A stretch of DNA of 63,962 nt, the filler included, from Thelocarpon superellum (Eukaryota), in the NCBI GenBank assembly GCA_026025795.1. It is 4 parts of 4 records of this genome, joined end to end, with 100 filler letters (N's around TTAATTAATTAA, not from the genome) between each part and the next. Parts side by side here need not be neighbours in the genome. Positions count along the whole stretch, not along the records: positions 17,379 to 34,634 come from JAPEUG010000376.1; positions 34,735 to 51,921 come from JAPEUG010000377.1; 2 more parts are not named here. The stretch is one strand, 5' to 3'. Both the position numbers and the translations under genes were made by a program. The notes below the pieces were generated by a model, which was not told where the DNA came from, made no database searches, and saw nothing but the letters and a program-made list of their open reading frames with translations. Every line of letters starts with the position of its first letter. Position 1 is the first letter of the stretch. Positions 24,401 through 39,804 of this stretch are shown piece by piece.

Positions 24401-27276
24401 AGGCTCGCCTGGCGCTGTAGGGGCGGGAGCTCGATGTGCGCGGGCGACTGGAGCTCGCCCATGATGATCTCGATGCTCCGGAGGAGGCACGTCAGCACCT
24501 GTGGGGGATAGCCAATACTGTCGTACGCTTCCTCCAAGGTGGTCCACATGAAGAGGCGCAGGGAGGTCGAGCCACCTTGGAGGAAGTTGGTCATGGCCTC
24601 GGTCTGGCGAGAGCCGTCGCTGGACGCGCCACGTGAGGGTGAGATCGAGGGCAACGAGGGTGACGATGCACGCGACGAACTGCGCATCTTCGGCGGATTG
24701 AGGACGGGCTCGAGCGTCTCAATGACCAGCCACGGGTCCACCTCCTCGGGCTGGAAGATGCGCAGATAAAAGTCCACCGTGCTCAGCCCGGTCAAGACCT
24801 TCTCCGCCGCGGCGGAGGAGACCTCGGGCATGGCGGCGTTGTTGGGCAGCTCAATCACCGCATCGCCCGCCGTCCGGATGATCTGCGCCACGTCGGTCAC
24901 GCAGAGCATGATATGTTCGCGCGACACATTCACCGACAAGGTCGCATGACTGACCGAGGCCCAGAGGAAGCGCAGATCCAGCGCGTCTTCGACCTCGTCC
25001 GGGCGCGGACAGCGAAGACTCATCAAGTCCTCGATCAAGGTCGCCCAACGGTCGAGCCGATCTTGCTGCGCAAGGCGTGTCACCACGTCGACCTCGCTGC
25101 TGGGGTTGTTGATGCGTTCCAGCACGTCCAGGTGGAGCTCGAAGACCGTCTCCACGAACTCGATGACCTCTACGTCGACGTCGTCGCCGCTCGTTAGCGC
25201 CTCGGATTGGAAGGCGAGCGATTCCTTGCGCATGGCCTCGTAGAGATGCTCGTCGAGCACCACAAGCATCTGCACCACGACTTCTTTGAGCGCATCCGGC
25301 CACACGTGGCATAGATAACTGGGCTCCGAGGCACCCGGAAAGATGTTGGGGCGCCGTGAGAACAGCGCGTGGAGCCAGCGCGTCGCCGCGGCCTTGATGC
25401 TCAGCCACTCGTGGTTGACCTCCCGCGCCAACGCGTCGAGCCCCTCGTCGCCCGACAGGAGCGGCTTGGTGGAGTGGCGATGCATGGAGCGTTTGGAATG
25501 CTCCAGGAAGGCCGTGAGGCCCGCTTTGCGTGAGCTGTGGGGACGGCTCCGGCTCGGCTCGGTGGAGGCCGGGAAGGCCAAGATGCCGCCGTGCAGGACC
25601 AGGTGCAGTTTGTCGTCCGACCACTCCGACACCATGGTGTAGAGATCGGTCACGGCGACATCGGGCGGTGCCCCCCGCTCGGATCGAGATTGCTTCAGTT
25701 CCTCCACGCTGCCGATAGGGTCCCCGCCGACCAAGGCCAGCATCGTGTTCACCACCTGGAACAGCCAGCCGTCGGCCTCCATGTAGACCTGCGTCTGCTC
25801 GTCGTACTGTCGGGCCAAGTCCGTGCCGGTCCGGTCCTCGCCTTGGGTCGGATCGACCACGGACTCTCGCGCACGAATGCGTTTGCTTCGGACGCGCCCG
25901 CCATCGTTTCCTTCCTGCAGACCCGCCGTGGAGAGATTCCGCTTTCGGCTGGGCGACCCATTCCGGGCTGGCGCCGCCTCACGACGACCGTCCTCCGCCT
26001 CGGCCTCGGCCTCGGCCATCAACTGATCGACGTCGCTGCCGGTCGACACCTCTTTGGCGGGGTCCTCGGTGGTGCCCCGACTCATCGTGGAGCCCGAGGA
26101 GGCAGCCGGCGCCGGAGGATGGCTGCCGGGCGGCAACACCGCCTCCGACGGCGGCGGGGCCGCCTCTGGCTCATGCTCCCATGTTGCATCGGCGCACCGG
26201 AGTAGCACACCCGCGCCCGCTCCCAGGTCGAGCAGCCCCTGATGCTGTGCGACCAGTTGCTGTAGCAGCACCTTGCCGACCGCCGCCCACGTTTTGGCGG
26301 GCACGTCGATGGCATGTCGGGTAGGCGCCGGCGACGAGGCCCGCGGACGGATCGAGGGGGGCTCATCGTTCCACGAGTGGGGCAGATATGGATATGGATC
26401 TAGGCATTTGCGCAGGCGTGGTGCGAGCACCTGACGGCGATCACGCGTCGAGGACGATTGTGACCTGGAGACGTGATCCTCCAGTCGATCGAGAAGCTTG
26501 GTCAGGGGCTCGTGCGCGAGCGCCTCTTGCAGCCCCAGCGGATCCACATCGCCGTTGATGCCGGCGCCGACATCCAGCACGGCTTCGAGGCAGAATCGAG
26601 CGATGCGGCCGCTCCCAAGCGCGGCACCCACCCTCGCCGTGCGCCGCCACAGCTCGGCATCGGTGTCGTCTTTGACCAGCGCCTCGGCAAAGGAGTTCAG
26701 CGCGTTGGCGGCGGCCTTCTGCGGCGTACTGAGGCCTAGATCCTGCCCCGTCTCTTCCTCGTGATGCTGTGCGAGATGGTGCTTCAGATAGTCTAGCACG
26801 AATTGCCCATAGTTCTTGTAGGAGAGGTAGAGGATCTGCGGCAAGGTGCTTGGCGCGCCGTCGAGGCCGGTCGTGGTCGCGCGTGTGTCGACCAAGTCGG
26901 CAAGTTGGGTGAGGGCATATTCCGAGTCCCAGAGCTCCGCTTGCTGGGCGTAGGGAAGGGATTCGGGGTAGCGAAAGATCTCGGACTGGAAGAGGGCATC
27001 GTATGCCTGAAAGGCGTCCTTGTATGAGGACCACCCTAGGGCATGGAGCTTCAGTGCTCCTTGATAGAGCTTGAGCGCTTCTTCGATCTACGGATTCATC
27101 AGCACCCGGCGTTCATCCGACGGGAAGGTCTGGCCGCCTCACCTGGACTTCCTTGGTATTGTCAATATCCTCATCGCTTTCGTCGTCGGGAATGATGTTG
27201 GAGGCCGTAAATTGCGACTGTAACGTGTACGTGAGATTCGGCTCCCCTAGAACGCTGGACCTGGATGGCTTACCAT
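21405..27276 (-). CDS. HIR3: Histone transcription regulator 3 (HIR complex, CABIN1-like), 5 exons
   Basis: ATG followed directly by an intron, then SQFTASNI...NTKEVQ/IEEALKLYQGAL, YLSYKNYG, EPILEPHYKLVS, DKSNWHHRM, VWKPEHERAGRHFVYT; very long helical-repeat protein. Confidence 0.92.
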
Positions 27277-27821
27277 GATCAGCCCTCCCGGCGGCAGCTC
27301 TCGAGTCGTTTGGCCTGATGAACAAGCAGCGCGCGTCTATGCCAAGCGTGAGCTGACGTCTGGGCCAGGATCCATGGCTTGACATGAGGTTTGCCGGGCG
27401 AGCGCCTTAGACGAGCCAAGAACACATCGTCCTTCCCCGATCCACCCTTGCTATTCTCTAAGTGCCCAGGTATGTGGGGATAGATGTATAGCGCTTCGCC
27501 CGATGTTGAGAGCGCCATGATCAAAGTGTACGGTGGCCGATAAGCACCCAATATGCGTAACGCGAATACTTCGGCGACGCGTTGACACCATCAGCGAAAC
27601 CTCCGCGATATATCGAATCACTGTAGAACCCATTGATGCCGTTGATGCCAAGCTCATGTCCGTGGCGCCAATTGCCCCTCCTTCGAGTGAATCGAACCTC
27701 CACTTGACGAGGTCCGAGATGTCATGACGAACTCTTGGAGCCACGAGTCATAAAGCTTCACCCTCCACAGGTTCCAGCCACGTCCTGAGCTTAGACGGGC
27801 TTCTGCTCTGAGACGCCCATC

Positions 27822-30428
27822 ATGGTTGCGCCCGCGGTACCAGAGTAAGTCGAGATTGAACGTGACTTGTCGTGGTCAATGTACGGAATGGACGTATCAG
27901 CAGACACGTTTTTCGGGTTCTGCACGAGCGACGTGAGGCCTTCGGCATTTGTCTGGCTGCAGCTGCTTTGTTGAGCGTCGGACACATCGCTGACTCAGAC
28001 GGAACAGAATCATCGAAGATGACATCGAAGTGGCGGTGGAGGCCCGAACGGATGCCCTAGTGACCCTTCGAGAGCTCGGTCCGCCCGACCTGGTACATCT
28101 AGTTAAGCAGGCCAGACAATCGCCAAGCAAACAGGTACGCCGGCGGGAGGGACTGATCTGGCTGGCTCTGACCACCCGATACCCTCGATCAGATTGGCGT
28201 GTATCATCATGTCACCGGCGTTGATGCCTCCTCGTCAGCGAGTCTCGCTGCCTATGTCAACACATTGACCTATTCTTCGCACGACAAATCACAGAAAGTG
28301 GTCTCAGCGCTCTATTGGTTCGTTCACGGGCCGGATTCGCCGATCGATGACCAGGCGAGACGAGCTGACAATGACATAGCTGCTATAATGCCTTCTCGCG
28401 ATTGGACATGCGAGTCCAAGTCAAGATCCCCGGTACGGTCGAGAGCTATTGCGTGGATGAACGGGGCCAGCGACGACCAGCGGACGAGAATTTATGGCTC
28501 GAGACCTACCTGTGTGCCGTACTACGAGCCTACTCCTACGCCGACGACGGTAGCGGCGATACGATTAAGAAGATTGCCGGGGTTCGTCGATTCAATCCCA
28601 TCACGAGCACAGAGGCGGAGCATAAGTTCCTCGACGCCGCCGAACGGCTGTTCTTCAAAGGTACGCAGATTGGCACGCAGGAGAATGTCGCGGTATGCTC
28701 AAAGACGTGTTAGGTTGGCAGCTGGGGTCGGATCCGGAGATCCAAGTGCCGAATCTGGTGTCCAATCATCTCACAGCAGGGTTGCTCCGATACATCCACA
28801 CCACGGGCCGGTACGCGTCCGGCATCAACCTCTTCGAGAAGCTTCGGACTCGGGATATCGAGGTCTCGTCCTTGCTGGCGCGCGTGTACGTGGCCGCGGA
28901 TGAAGAGGTCCGGGGCGTGTCGCTCCTCCATGAAGCGATCCAGCACCTGCCCATGGATTATTCGCTGCTCGACGTCCAAGCTGGCTTCCTCAAGAGCAAA
29001 GGTCGGGCAGATCTGGCGCTGGAGTGCGCCAAGCGTAGTGTGACGGCAGCGCCCAGCGAGTTTGGAACGTGGGCAAAGCTGGCCGAGATCTACGTCTCGA
29101 CGGAGCAGTGGGAGCTGGCGCTGTTGACGTTGAACTCGTGTCCGATGTTCACGTATCAAGACAAGGACGCCCCACGCATGCCGCCGCCGAGTCGGGTGTA
29201 CTTTCCTGAGCTCCCGGAGAGCATGCTTGACGAGATCAACGACGACGTCGCCGGCGACCCGGAGCTGGTGCGGCCGACGTACCGCAACTTCCAGGCCGCG
29301 TCATACAAAGGCACCTTTCTCAAAGCGTACAGCCTCCTGACGGAAATCACGGCCAAGATCGGATGGGATCGACTACTCAAGATCCGGAGTGAAGTTTTTG
29401 TCATGGAAGAGGAATACAAGGCCGAGCGCCAGGGCGGGAGTCAAAAGGACTTGCACAGACGCACGGCGAGCACGACGGCCTTGAAGAGCCAGTCTACCAG
29501 CACCGTGAACGGACACGAGAATGCCGCCGGCCCGGCGGTGCAGTCCGAGAAGGAGGGAGCGACGGAGGAAGAGGACGCGGATGGCGAGAGCACGGAGACG
29601 GACGAGCGAGCAATCGAGAAGCCGGAACATAGCGTGACGTCGCCCGAGTCGAAGAGTGGCGGCGACGAGGTCAGACGGGCCCTTGATCATGATGTGTCTC
29701 ATCACTAACGGATGGCAGGCCGAGGCGCCATCAAGCGACTACGCCCGCTTCAAGAACAAGCGTCTTTGCGAACGATGGCTCGACAATCTCATCATGGTCC
29801 TGTACGAAGACCTTCGCGTCTACACGCTGTGGCGGTCGGAGATGGCACGCACGGAGCTCGCGCGCAACGAGATGCCCGAGTACAAGGGGGGGAATTCCGT
29901 GTATCAGAAATCGGCCGAAGAGTGGGAGATCCTTGGCGAGCTGGCGGACCGTCTGCACCACCGAGAGGAAGCGGTGGAAGCGTACCAGGCCTGTCTCAAG
30001 CTACGCTTCAGCCCCAAAGCCATGCGCGGCATCCTGCACGCGCAGGAGCGCGCAAACGACGGCAAGGCGATGCTGGGATCGCTGATCCGGCTGATTGCAT
30101 GGCAGTATCGGTGGTATTCCGAGGTTTGTCATCCACCAACCTCCACCCTCCATCCTTCCGGTCCCTTTCCCTACCGCTTCCCTCGCTATTCCACTTGCTC
30201 GCCCTTCTCTCTCCCTTGCCCGTCCCTCCTGGACAGGGCTGACCATGGAGCAACGAACAGTTCTCCCCTTCGCTGCTCTACACGATCCGCAAGTTGATCG
30301 AGGACGAAGGCGCAGTCAAAGTGCGCAGTCTGATCCAGGCCACTAGTCTGCCGCAGCCGGTGCTGGATCTCACGCATCATTATGCCGCTCTTTGTGCTGC
30401 CTTTCGCAGTAGTGGGAGTGATGGCTGA
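27822..30428 (+). CDS. ChAPs family exomer cargo adaptor (Bud7/Bch1-like), 7 exons
   Basis: MVAPAVPE, LRELGPPDLVHLVK, VTGVDASSSASLAAY, CCYNAFSRLDMRV, ALLTLNSCPMF, KRLCERWLDNLIMVLYEDLR, WQYRWYSE/FSP; six GT-AG introns. Confidence 0.93.
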
Positions 30429-30544
30429 CGGCTGATGGCTGATGCATGTGTTGGGTGGATGTGAGGGTGCAGGCGCGGGTGTGGGTGTGGACATTGGTGT
30501 AGGTTTGATGGAGGTAGATTGGAGATTGATGCGACGATACGCCA

Positions 30545-30645
30545 TCTCCCTCTCCTCTCCTCTTCTCTCCTCTCCTCTCCTCTCCTCTCCTCTCCTCTCC
30601 TCTCCTTTCCTCTCCTCTCTTCTCCTCTCCTCTCCTCTTCTCTTC
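30545..30645 (+). repeat. (TCTCC)n polypyrimidine microsatellite between convergent genes
   Basis: About 20 pentamer units with a few variants. Confidence 0.93.
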
Positions 30646-30720
30646 TAGTGAACCTAGTGACCAGTAGCTACAGACACAGCGTCAGATACATGATGCTTCA
30701 AGTTCAAGGCCTCGTTCCTC

Positions 30721-32249
30721 TCACACACCCGCACCACCGCCCACGTCTACGTCCAGGCCCACACCCTCATCCCCATCAAATTCCATGCCGTCGTAGTCGT
30801 CGAAATCTTCACTGTCCCACGCCCCCTCTTCGTCCTCGTCATGCTCGTCATCGCCCCCTTCCTCCCCGTCCTTGCCCTCTGCTCGACCTCGGTTCCCCCT
30901 CGTCCCCGCCGCCGCACGTCTTCGCTCCACGTTCTCACGCTGCGCCGTCCTGCGCGCCTCCTTCGCTCGTCTGCGCTCGGCCCACACCTGCTCTAGATGC
31001 TCCATCTCCTCTTTCGACTTGCTGAGGTACTCGTGCCACATGACCTTGCCGCCGCACACGCCCTCTTCGACCTTGCTCATGCGCAACTTCATGCGCGGTC
31101 CGAGCTCCACGAGCTTCACGGCTCGTTTCTCCACCGTTGAATGCTCGTGTCGTCGTGTGTTGCTCTCGTTGGGCGCTGTCGCCGGTCGCTGCGCTTGCTG
31201 TGCGTGTTGCTTTGGCGTGAGTGCCCTGCGGCCTTGCGTGTCTAGGACTTCGACCTCGGCGTCGGTTTCGACTTCCGACTCGCTGGCAGAAGTGAAGCCT
31301 GCCGTGGCCGAGGGGTCCAGGAGATAGTCGGCCACGTCCTCGAGCTTGCCGAGATTCGGGACGGCCCGCTGCGTCTTTTCGCGTGATTTGATGAGCTTCT
31401 CGGCCGCTTTTAGTCGACGAATGCCGCGCGACAGTCCGGTGGCTTTGGTGGTGATGGCATAGTGTCGGAGGTAGATGGTGTAGGATCCATTAGATGGTTC
31501 GTCCGAGCCTCGTTCTCGACTCAGGAGAAGCACGCGTCGGATGGAGCCCAAGGGGGTGGACTGAGGGGATATGGCAGGAAAGAGAGACTGGAAGACGGCA
31601 GTGGTGAGAGATTCGAGGTGTTTGGGGATCGCGGGCGTAGTGGATGGTTCGGAAGTTGCTGGTGAGCAGAAGTGATTCATCACGAGCTGCTCGGACGCAT
31701 CTTGTTAGCCCCAACGACCACGCTTCGTGAATTTCCGAACCCACGAACCAAAGGCGCCGTGAGAAATTCTTTGCCCCCTCCTTTGGCATGCCTCAAGGAT
31801 TTCTTCACATCTTTGCAGAGCGAGTAATTGTCCACATGAAAATGTAACGTCGGGCCACGCGGAGTCAATGCGAGTCGGAGATTGGTCTTGCCCGAGCTGG
31901 ACCGCGAGAAGAGAAGGAGATGGGAGACCCCCAGCGGGCCTGCCATGGTGAGGTAGTCTTTCAGTTTGTTAGATCGCCGTTCCTGAGAATCGTCAGCCAC
32001 GGAAGGAGTTGGGGATCATGGCCATGTGGCCATGTGTGCACACACCTTCAGGCGGCTGGCCGTCCCCGGTTCCATCATCGACCGCACATCCTTGACCAGC
32101 TGACTGACCGAGGGTCCCACCTCACCAGCACCAATGCGTAACACCATGCTCTTGGGACTTCGATCCATGGCCGCAGAGCTCGCACCCGCGCTTGCCGGGC
32201 CATTGCGCGCACCCACGTGGGTTCTCTTCTTCGTTCGTCGGCGAGCCAT
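30721..32249 (-). CDS. SSF1: Brix-domain 60S biogenesis factor Ssf1/Peter Pan, 3 exons
   Basis: MARRRTKKRTH, PKSMVLRIG, MEPGTASRLK/ERRSNKLKDYLTMAGPLGVSH, TPRGPTL, LVELGPRMKL, acidic tail. Confidence 0.95.
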
Positions 32250-32445
32250 GATCGTTATGGCGGACGGCGTGTGCGAGTAAAGTCGTTGCTGGAGCTTGAC
32301 CGTGGACTTTTTTCCGTGGGAGAGCCCCCACGATCGATAAGGCGGGCGGAATTTGCCGACGTCAAGTCTCCCCACCAAATATTCTGGGCCCACGACTTGA
32401 TCTTCAAGCATCTCCAACTAGCCATCCCACACGAACCGTGCAAAG
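32250..32445. promoter_or_regulatory. 196-bp bidirectional promoter shared by SSF1 and RRP3
   Basis: Head-to-head ATGs at 32249 and 32446; central CGATAAG (32335-32341) flanked by ACTTTTTT and GGAATTT. Confidence 0.7.
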
Positions 32446-33988
<1,543 letters not shown>

Positions 33989-34049
33989 GGCGGGTGTCGC
34001 CGCTGGACGACGCCGATCTTACGAGAGTCTATCATCTGATGCCTGCTCC

Positions 34050-34634
34050 TCACCGCGACGTCTGAGGCGTACGCTGGAGCTTCTCTGTCACCATGCGGTC
34101 GACCATCTTTTCGAGCATGCCCTTCTCATCCGTACCCGCGCGCGCAAAGTAGGCGCTGACGCTCTTCTCCACGTACTTGCCCACTATGTCGACCTCGACG
34201 TTGACCAGATCGCCGGGCTTCTTGGCGGCCGTCACCACCTTCTCCTGGGTGTAGGCGATGAGCATGACCTCCCACCACCCCTGCTCATCCTCCACGCGCG
34301 TCACGGTCAAGCTGGCGCCATCCAGCGTCACGTAGCCCTTCTGCACGAGGTAGCGCAACACGCTCCGGTCGCGCGGCTGCAGGCGGAAGGTCAAGGCGTT
34401 GCCATCGGGCGTGATGGACAGGATGGAGGCGACGGTGTCGACGTGGCCTTGCACAAAGTGCCCGCCCATCCGCGTCGTCGCCGAGACGGCCCGCTCGAGG
34501 TTGACGGGCGACGAGACGGCCAGCGAGCCCAAGTTGGTGCGGCGCAGCGTCTCCGGCGCCACACCCACCTTGAAGGTCGCGGCCGTCAATTCGGTGATGG
34601 TCAGGCAGGTGCCGTTGATGCTGATGCTATCCCC
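34050..34634 (-). CDS. RIB5: Riboflavin synthase (alpha type), 3' part (truncated at contig end)
   Basis: GDSISINGTCLT, PETLRRTNLG, VNLERA, GGHFVQGHVD, KGYVTLDGASLT, VNVEVD. Confidence 0.96.
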   Translation of the reverse strand, partial: GDSISINGTCLTITELTAATFKVGVAPETLRRTNLGSLAVSSPVNLERAVSATTRMGGHFVQGHVDTVASILSITPDGNALTFRLQPRDRSVLRYLVQKGYVTLDGASLTVTRVEDEQGWWEVMLIAYTQEKVVTAAKKPGDLVNVEVDIVGKYVEKSVSAYFARAGTDEKGMLEKMVDRMVTEKLQRTPQTSR

Positions 34635-34734
34635 NNNNNNNNNNNNNNNNNNNNNNNNNNNNNNNNNNNNNNNNNNNNTTAATTAATTAANNNNNNNNNN
34701 NNNNNNNNNNNNNNNNNNNNNNNNNNNNNNNNNN
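34635..34734. other. Artificial contig spacer
   Basis: 44 N + TTAATTAATTAA + 44 N. Confidence 0.98.
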
Positions 34735-37700
34735 AAAATGAGAAGTATGGCTAGAAATAATATCAAATCGCTCGTCGCATCACAGATCCATGAGGAATTT
34801 CGCTTGCACGGTAGAGGCTCGGAAGGACGGAGGGATCAGACATGAAGAGGAAGGGGAGAGGCATGGGAGTGGAAAACGAGTAGAACAGGCGCCGTTTGAT
34901 CCCTGGAGGTAGCGTGACCACGTCACCCCATTCAGGGTCAGGGACTTCGCGGCAAGCTTGCAGGGTTCTCGCCGAAAAAAGGAGGGGAGATGCAGTGCTC
35001 AAATATCGTGATGGTGAACGGTGGGATGTGTGGAGCCAGCCCGGTGAAGTCAGGTCATGATGACATCATCGTCATCAAGCCACCACAGCCCCGGCGTCCT
35101 GGCGCCCCGGCGCTCCAACGTCGAGATCACAATGTGTCGGCGGAGATATGACCCGAGAAGAAGGAGCGGTGAAGCGAAAAATTGTCAAGACCTTGGGAGA
35201 TCCCTGGTTGATCACCACGTGGTGGCCTGGGCAGCGGTCGGTAAAGACGACAGGATCATGGTGCTCGAATTGGAGGGCGGCATTAGTTTTGGTGGTGGTG
35301 TTGCGATGACAAAGAGCTTGGTCGACAGCCGCGCAACAAACGAAGGCCTACATCCGAATCGTCGGCCAGGGATCCCTGTCCTCGCGACCCTGAGGCGTCA
35401 TCAGCCGACGATGTGCCCCAGTTACCCCACGATCATGCATCTCGCGTGATGTCGTGGTGGCCGCGGCGACTCCTATGGCTGCCTGCCTCCTCTCGAAGTC
35501 GGGTCACGCGCAGCTGGAGCCGGCACGCCCCCATCAGTCCGTTGCGTTGGCGGCGCCTTCCCGCAGAGGGATGCGGCCGGGACCGGGACCGGGGCCGGAA
35601 CTCAAACCCGTCATCAGCACAGCGGACAGCTGCCCTGGACGACGATGAATCGCTCGTGCGGAGCGTAGGAGCAGACGTGCCCATATCGTCCATCGGTCGA
35701 GGTCTTGAAGAAGTGCGCGCCCGGATCGGCACAGGAGGCGTAGATGTAATAATTTCGGTAGTATTGGCACATCGCGGAGACGGCCCAGGCAGCGGTGGGA
35801 GTAGAGGCCGAGCGATCTCGCCGCGTCGCGCCCAGATCTGTCCTGGCGTCAGCAAAATTGACTCAGCCACGAGGAGGCGGCGAACGGACGTGACCCAGAG
35901 GGATGGGAACCCGAAAGGCCGGAGAGCCGGAAGGGGTCGTGGCAGGACCGTGTCTCTCGACACGGGTCGCAGATGCTCAGGGCCGATGGCCGTCGATGGT
36001 GGTAGTGGAGGTCGGAACGATGGTGGTGGTGAGCTCCGCTCTTATACCACGCCGGCGCGACCCCGAGCTACCGTGGCCCTGCGCTTAGTGCTGCATCAAG
36101 CCGACGACGGTCCTCATCTCTCGCCGTGGAACGGCATCCGTCTCCGTATCTCGTGGTGAGAGGTAGGCGAGCAGAGGCTTGGGCCGCACAGTCGCACCCA
36201 TCGTGCCATCGATACGTCGTCGCTTGAAACGATGGACCAAAAGGCGGAATGACCGTGACCGCGCTGCAATGCGTAGCGGCAGCTGGCCGGTACCCAGCAG
36301 GGCAGCAGAAGCGCCGGTGCAAAGGACGTCGGCACGGTGTCGCAGCCGTCAAAACCTTCCCTTCCGGCGCCGGCTGGGTCCGGGGGGAGGGAAGATGGGA
36401 AAGGATCGCGACGAGTGACAGCATCGGCATCACGATGGCAGGAAAACGGGCGAGACATGCTTCGGCGCAGCGTGGCTTCCAGGCCAACGGCTGTCAAAGC
36501 GTCCAGGGCCTGATAGCGAAAATCCCTGCCAAAATAACGTGCGAGCAAAGTAATCCCGCGGGCACCGCACACGTCCCGCGTAAGATAACACGGCAGGGCT
36601 GGGCCGGGGGGAGGGTGGGTGGAAGGCGTGAGGAAGGAACGCTCGGACCAGTCTGTACGGGGGGACGATGAGAGGCCATCGGTGATCATTGTTGTCCGCT
36701 CTGCCAGATGACGTGGGGCGTCCGCGGCCCAGCTTAGCGGTTTGGGGATCTGCACTTGGCGCGACGCGCGACCTCCCGGGGTGAAATTCGCAGCAGCATA
36801 TCCGCGCCGGCGCCCACCGCCAGTGGTCCACTTGGTCCCGTCTGCCCGCTCCGCTGGCCGTTGGTGCCGGGTTGCGTCGGTAGCGCACGTCCGGCCTAGC
36901 GTCAACGGGCCAGGGCAATTCCCCGGCAACGTTCGACGCAGCATGGCATCGCTTCGACGGCAGTTGGCTCCTGAACCTTAATCGCCCAAGCCTCGGGGGA
37001 TGAGCGCCAATTCGACGTGCTCGTAGAGAAAGCTCGAAGAACAGTCACGCTCGAGCCGTGTGCGGCCCCAAAGCCTTCCGCCAGAGCTTCCATTCCCCTT
37101 CCCATCGCCCGTCCCATTCCCGCCCATGTGACGCAGATCCGATGCCGCCTTGCTCCCGTTAGACCCTCACCTCCGACCGTGACCCCACGAGCCCACGCCC
37201 GAGGTGGCCCATGAGGCGCCCACGTCATGGTTCCCCCCCACCCGGCCTGGCAGCATCCGTCACCCGCGATGCTCGGAGTCGGATATCCCAGACGCTCCGT
37301 CGACAGCCGCGGTGGACCATGACACCTCGCGCCTCACACCGGACGCATCGCGCGTTCTCATCCATGGCTCCTTTACGCTCGATGGTGGACTAAGAAGCTA
37401 GGGCCCGCACCAGCATTGCATGGGACGCCCGATCGATCACCCTTGGCGGTGTGCAGCTACTATCCAAATACCACAGGAGTATCTGGTTGTGCAGTAGTTA
37501 CCACGTTCATTCGAGTGGATCCGTCCATTGATACGGGTGGTCGGATGGCTCCACCAAGCGAAGACTTGACCCACGGCCATTAGGCGAATCAAGAATGACG
37601 GCACTCATTCGTCGGAAACCCCTGTGGAATTCTCCGTCCAACCTCATACCCGTCGTCCTTACCATCATCCACACGTTGATGATGGTAATCGCTAGATACG

Positions 37701-38680
37701 ACGTTATCAGGTCAATGTTGGCCCTGCGGCCTTTCAAAACATGCCGACACACTCGTTGCGCCCGTCCCATAGCCGTCGTGTAGACCCGCCCGATGTGTCA
37801 AAGAAATCACCAAATCATGTCGTACACGCCTGCGCCTCAGGCGACTCGTGTGAGCTCAGACCATCACGACCGAGCTCGACGAGGGAATACCTTGATATAC
37901 GCTCATGCACTATCCGGTTCTTCACTTGCGTTTGGATGACATCGATCCAGGCGGACCCTCCGAGCCAGTCCAAAGTGGCCCTAGTTGCCCCAGACCCTGT
38001 TGCGTCGGATCTCATCCGGCTCCAGGGGAGGTCGACACCACCGCCAGGACAAGCCCACAGATAGCACAGGCTCCGATTTTCGGAAGGGGCGGAGCAGGGC
38101 AGAAACCTGTGCACCGCAGGTACTTGTGGGGTGCTGCCCCTACGAGCACCCGACGCAAGGCGCCTACTTCGCCCTCCGTAGCTCGGCCGCAGTAGCAGCT
38201 CGTCCGGCCATGACAGATGCCGTTAGCGGCTTCCTCGCTTACTCAGCGGCTCGGGCAGCCAATGGACAGGCTGTACATCCTCGGCCCCCCGATTTATCGT
38301 GCCGCTAGACCAGTAAAGTGGCTGGCCGGGAATTTCATGCGGCGCTCATGGCCACGGCCTCCGCCGCGCTACTCTTTGCCCATGCCGACCGTCAGCCTCC
38401 CTCTCCCTATCCAGCCCACGGGGTAACAACATCGTCCCTTGCAGCGTCCGCCTCCAAACCACGCTCGTTTCGCTCAACATCACCTCCATCCCCGTCGAGT
38501 GCGTGATCCTCTCGCTCCTCATCTTCGTCGCTCCATCGCTCCGACGTTCCTTCACGAACATCCCCCTATCGTCGCCTGCTCTCGGCTGTGGTCCGGGTGG
38601 TCGGCTTCATCCGCCGCAACAGCGGTCCGAGCGGAGGACCACGTTTTCCCTCCTCCGACGCTTCCTCCGCCCCCCTCACC

Positions 38681-39804
38681 ATGGGCTTCGGCGACTTCAT
38701 GACGATATGTCGCAAGACGGCGGTCCCGCTATGTGCCCTCGTCGGGCCGCCGTCGAACATCGCCGGCGGCTCTGGCATCCAGCCGAACTGCTACGCCCGG
38801 AGCATTGAGTTGGCCAATACCATCATCTTTCAAGGTGGCACCGACTTCATGCACATCATCGCCTTGATCATGACGGCCATCATGATCATCCACGTGCGAT
38901 CCAAATTCACCGCCGTTGGTATGCGCCTTCACACCCTGTCCGCCCGCGGTCCTTGCTAACCGGCTCTCGTTCGATGCCCAGGTCGGAAAGAGATTACCAC
39001 CTTCTTCTACATCTACATGATCCTGACCATGTGTTCGCTCATCCTCGACTCGGGCGTCACTCCCCCCGGCTCGGGTGCGTATCCCTACTTCACGGCCGCA
39101 GCGAACGCCTTCACTTCGGCCCTCTGCACCTGCCTCCTCGTCAACGGCTTCGTTGGCTTCCAACTGTACGAAGATGGCACTCGCTTGTCCGTCTGGCTCC
39201 TGCGCCTCACCTCCCTGGCCATGTTCATCATCTGTGGCGCCGTTTCTCTCTGCACCTTCAAGGGATGGGCCGGCCTCGGGCCGACCAACACCGTCGGCTT
39301 GTTCGTCGTGCTCTACGTCTTCAATGCCATCGCCCTGGCCATCTACGTCGTGCTCCAGGTCATCCTCGTCCTCAACACTCTGCAAGATCGTTGGCCCCTG
39401 GGTGACATTGCTTTCGGCGTGCTCTTTTTCGTCATCGGCCAGGTCCTCTTGTACGTCTTCGGGGACCGGATCTGTGATGGAGCCTCCCACTACGTGGATG
39501 GCTTGTTCATCGCCACAGTGTGCAACCTACTGGCCGTCATGATGGTCTACAAGGTGAGGAACCTCCGGCGATCGACGGTCTCCATCGCCCATGCTGATCA
39601 CCGTCGCAGTACTGGGACTCCATCACCAAAGAAGATCTCGAGTTCAGCGTCGGCACGAAGCAGAACAACTGGGAGATCAAAGAGCTCTTGCCTGAAGAGG
39701 ACCGCCGCACTACCGTCTATCACGATGGCATGTCTGAGTCCGCCGCCAGCTTGTACCACCACTCAGTACAGGCTCCGTCAAACTATGGGGGCATGGGCTA
39801 CTGA
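38681..39804 (+). CDS. CHS7: Chitin synthase export chaperone Chs7, 3 exons
   Basis: MGFGDF..IC...[69 protein letters not shown]. Confidence 0.96.
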
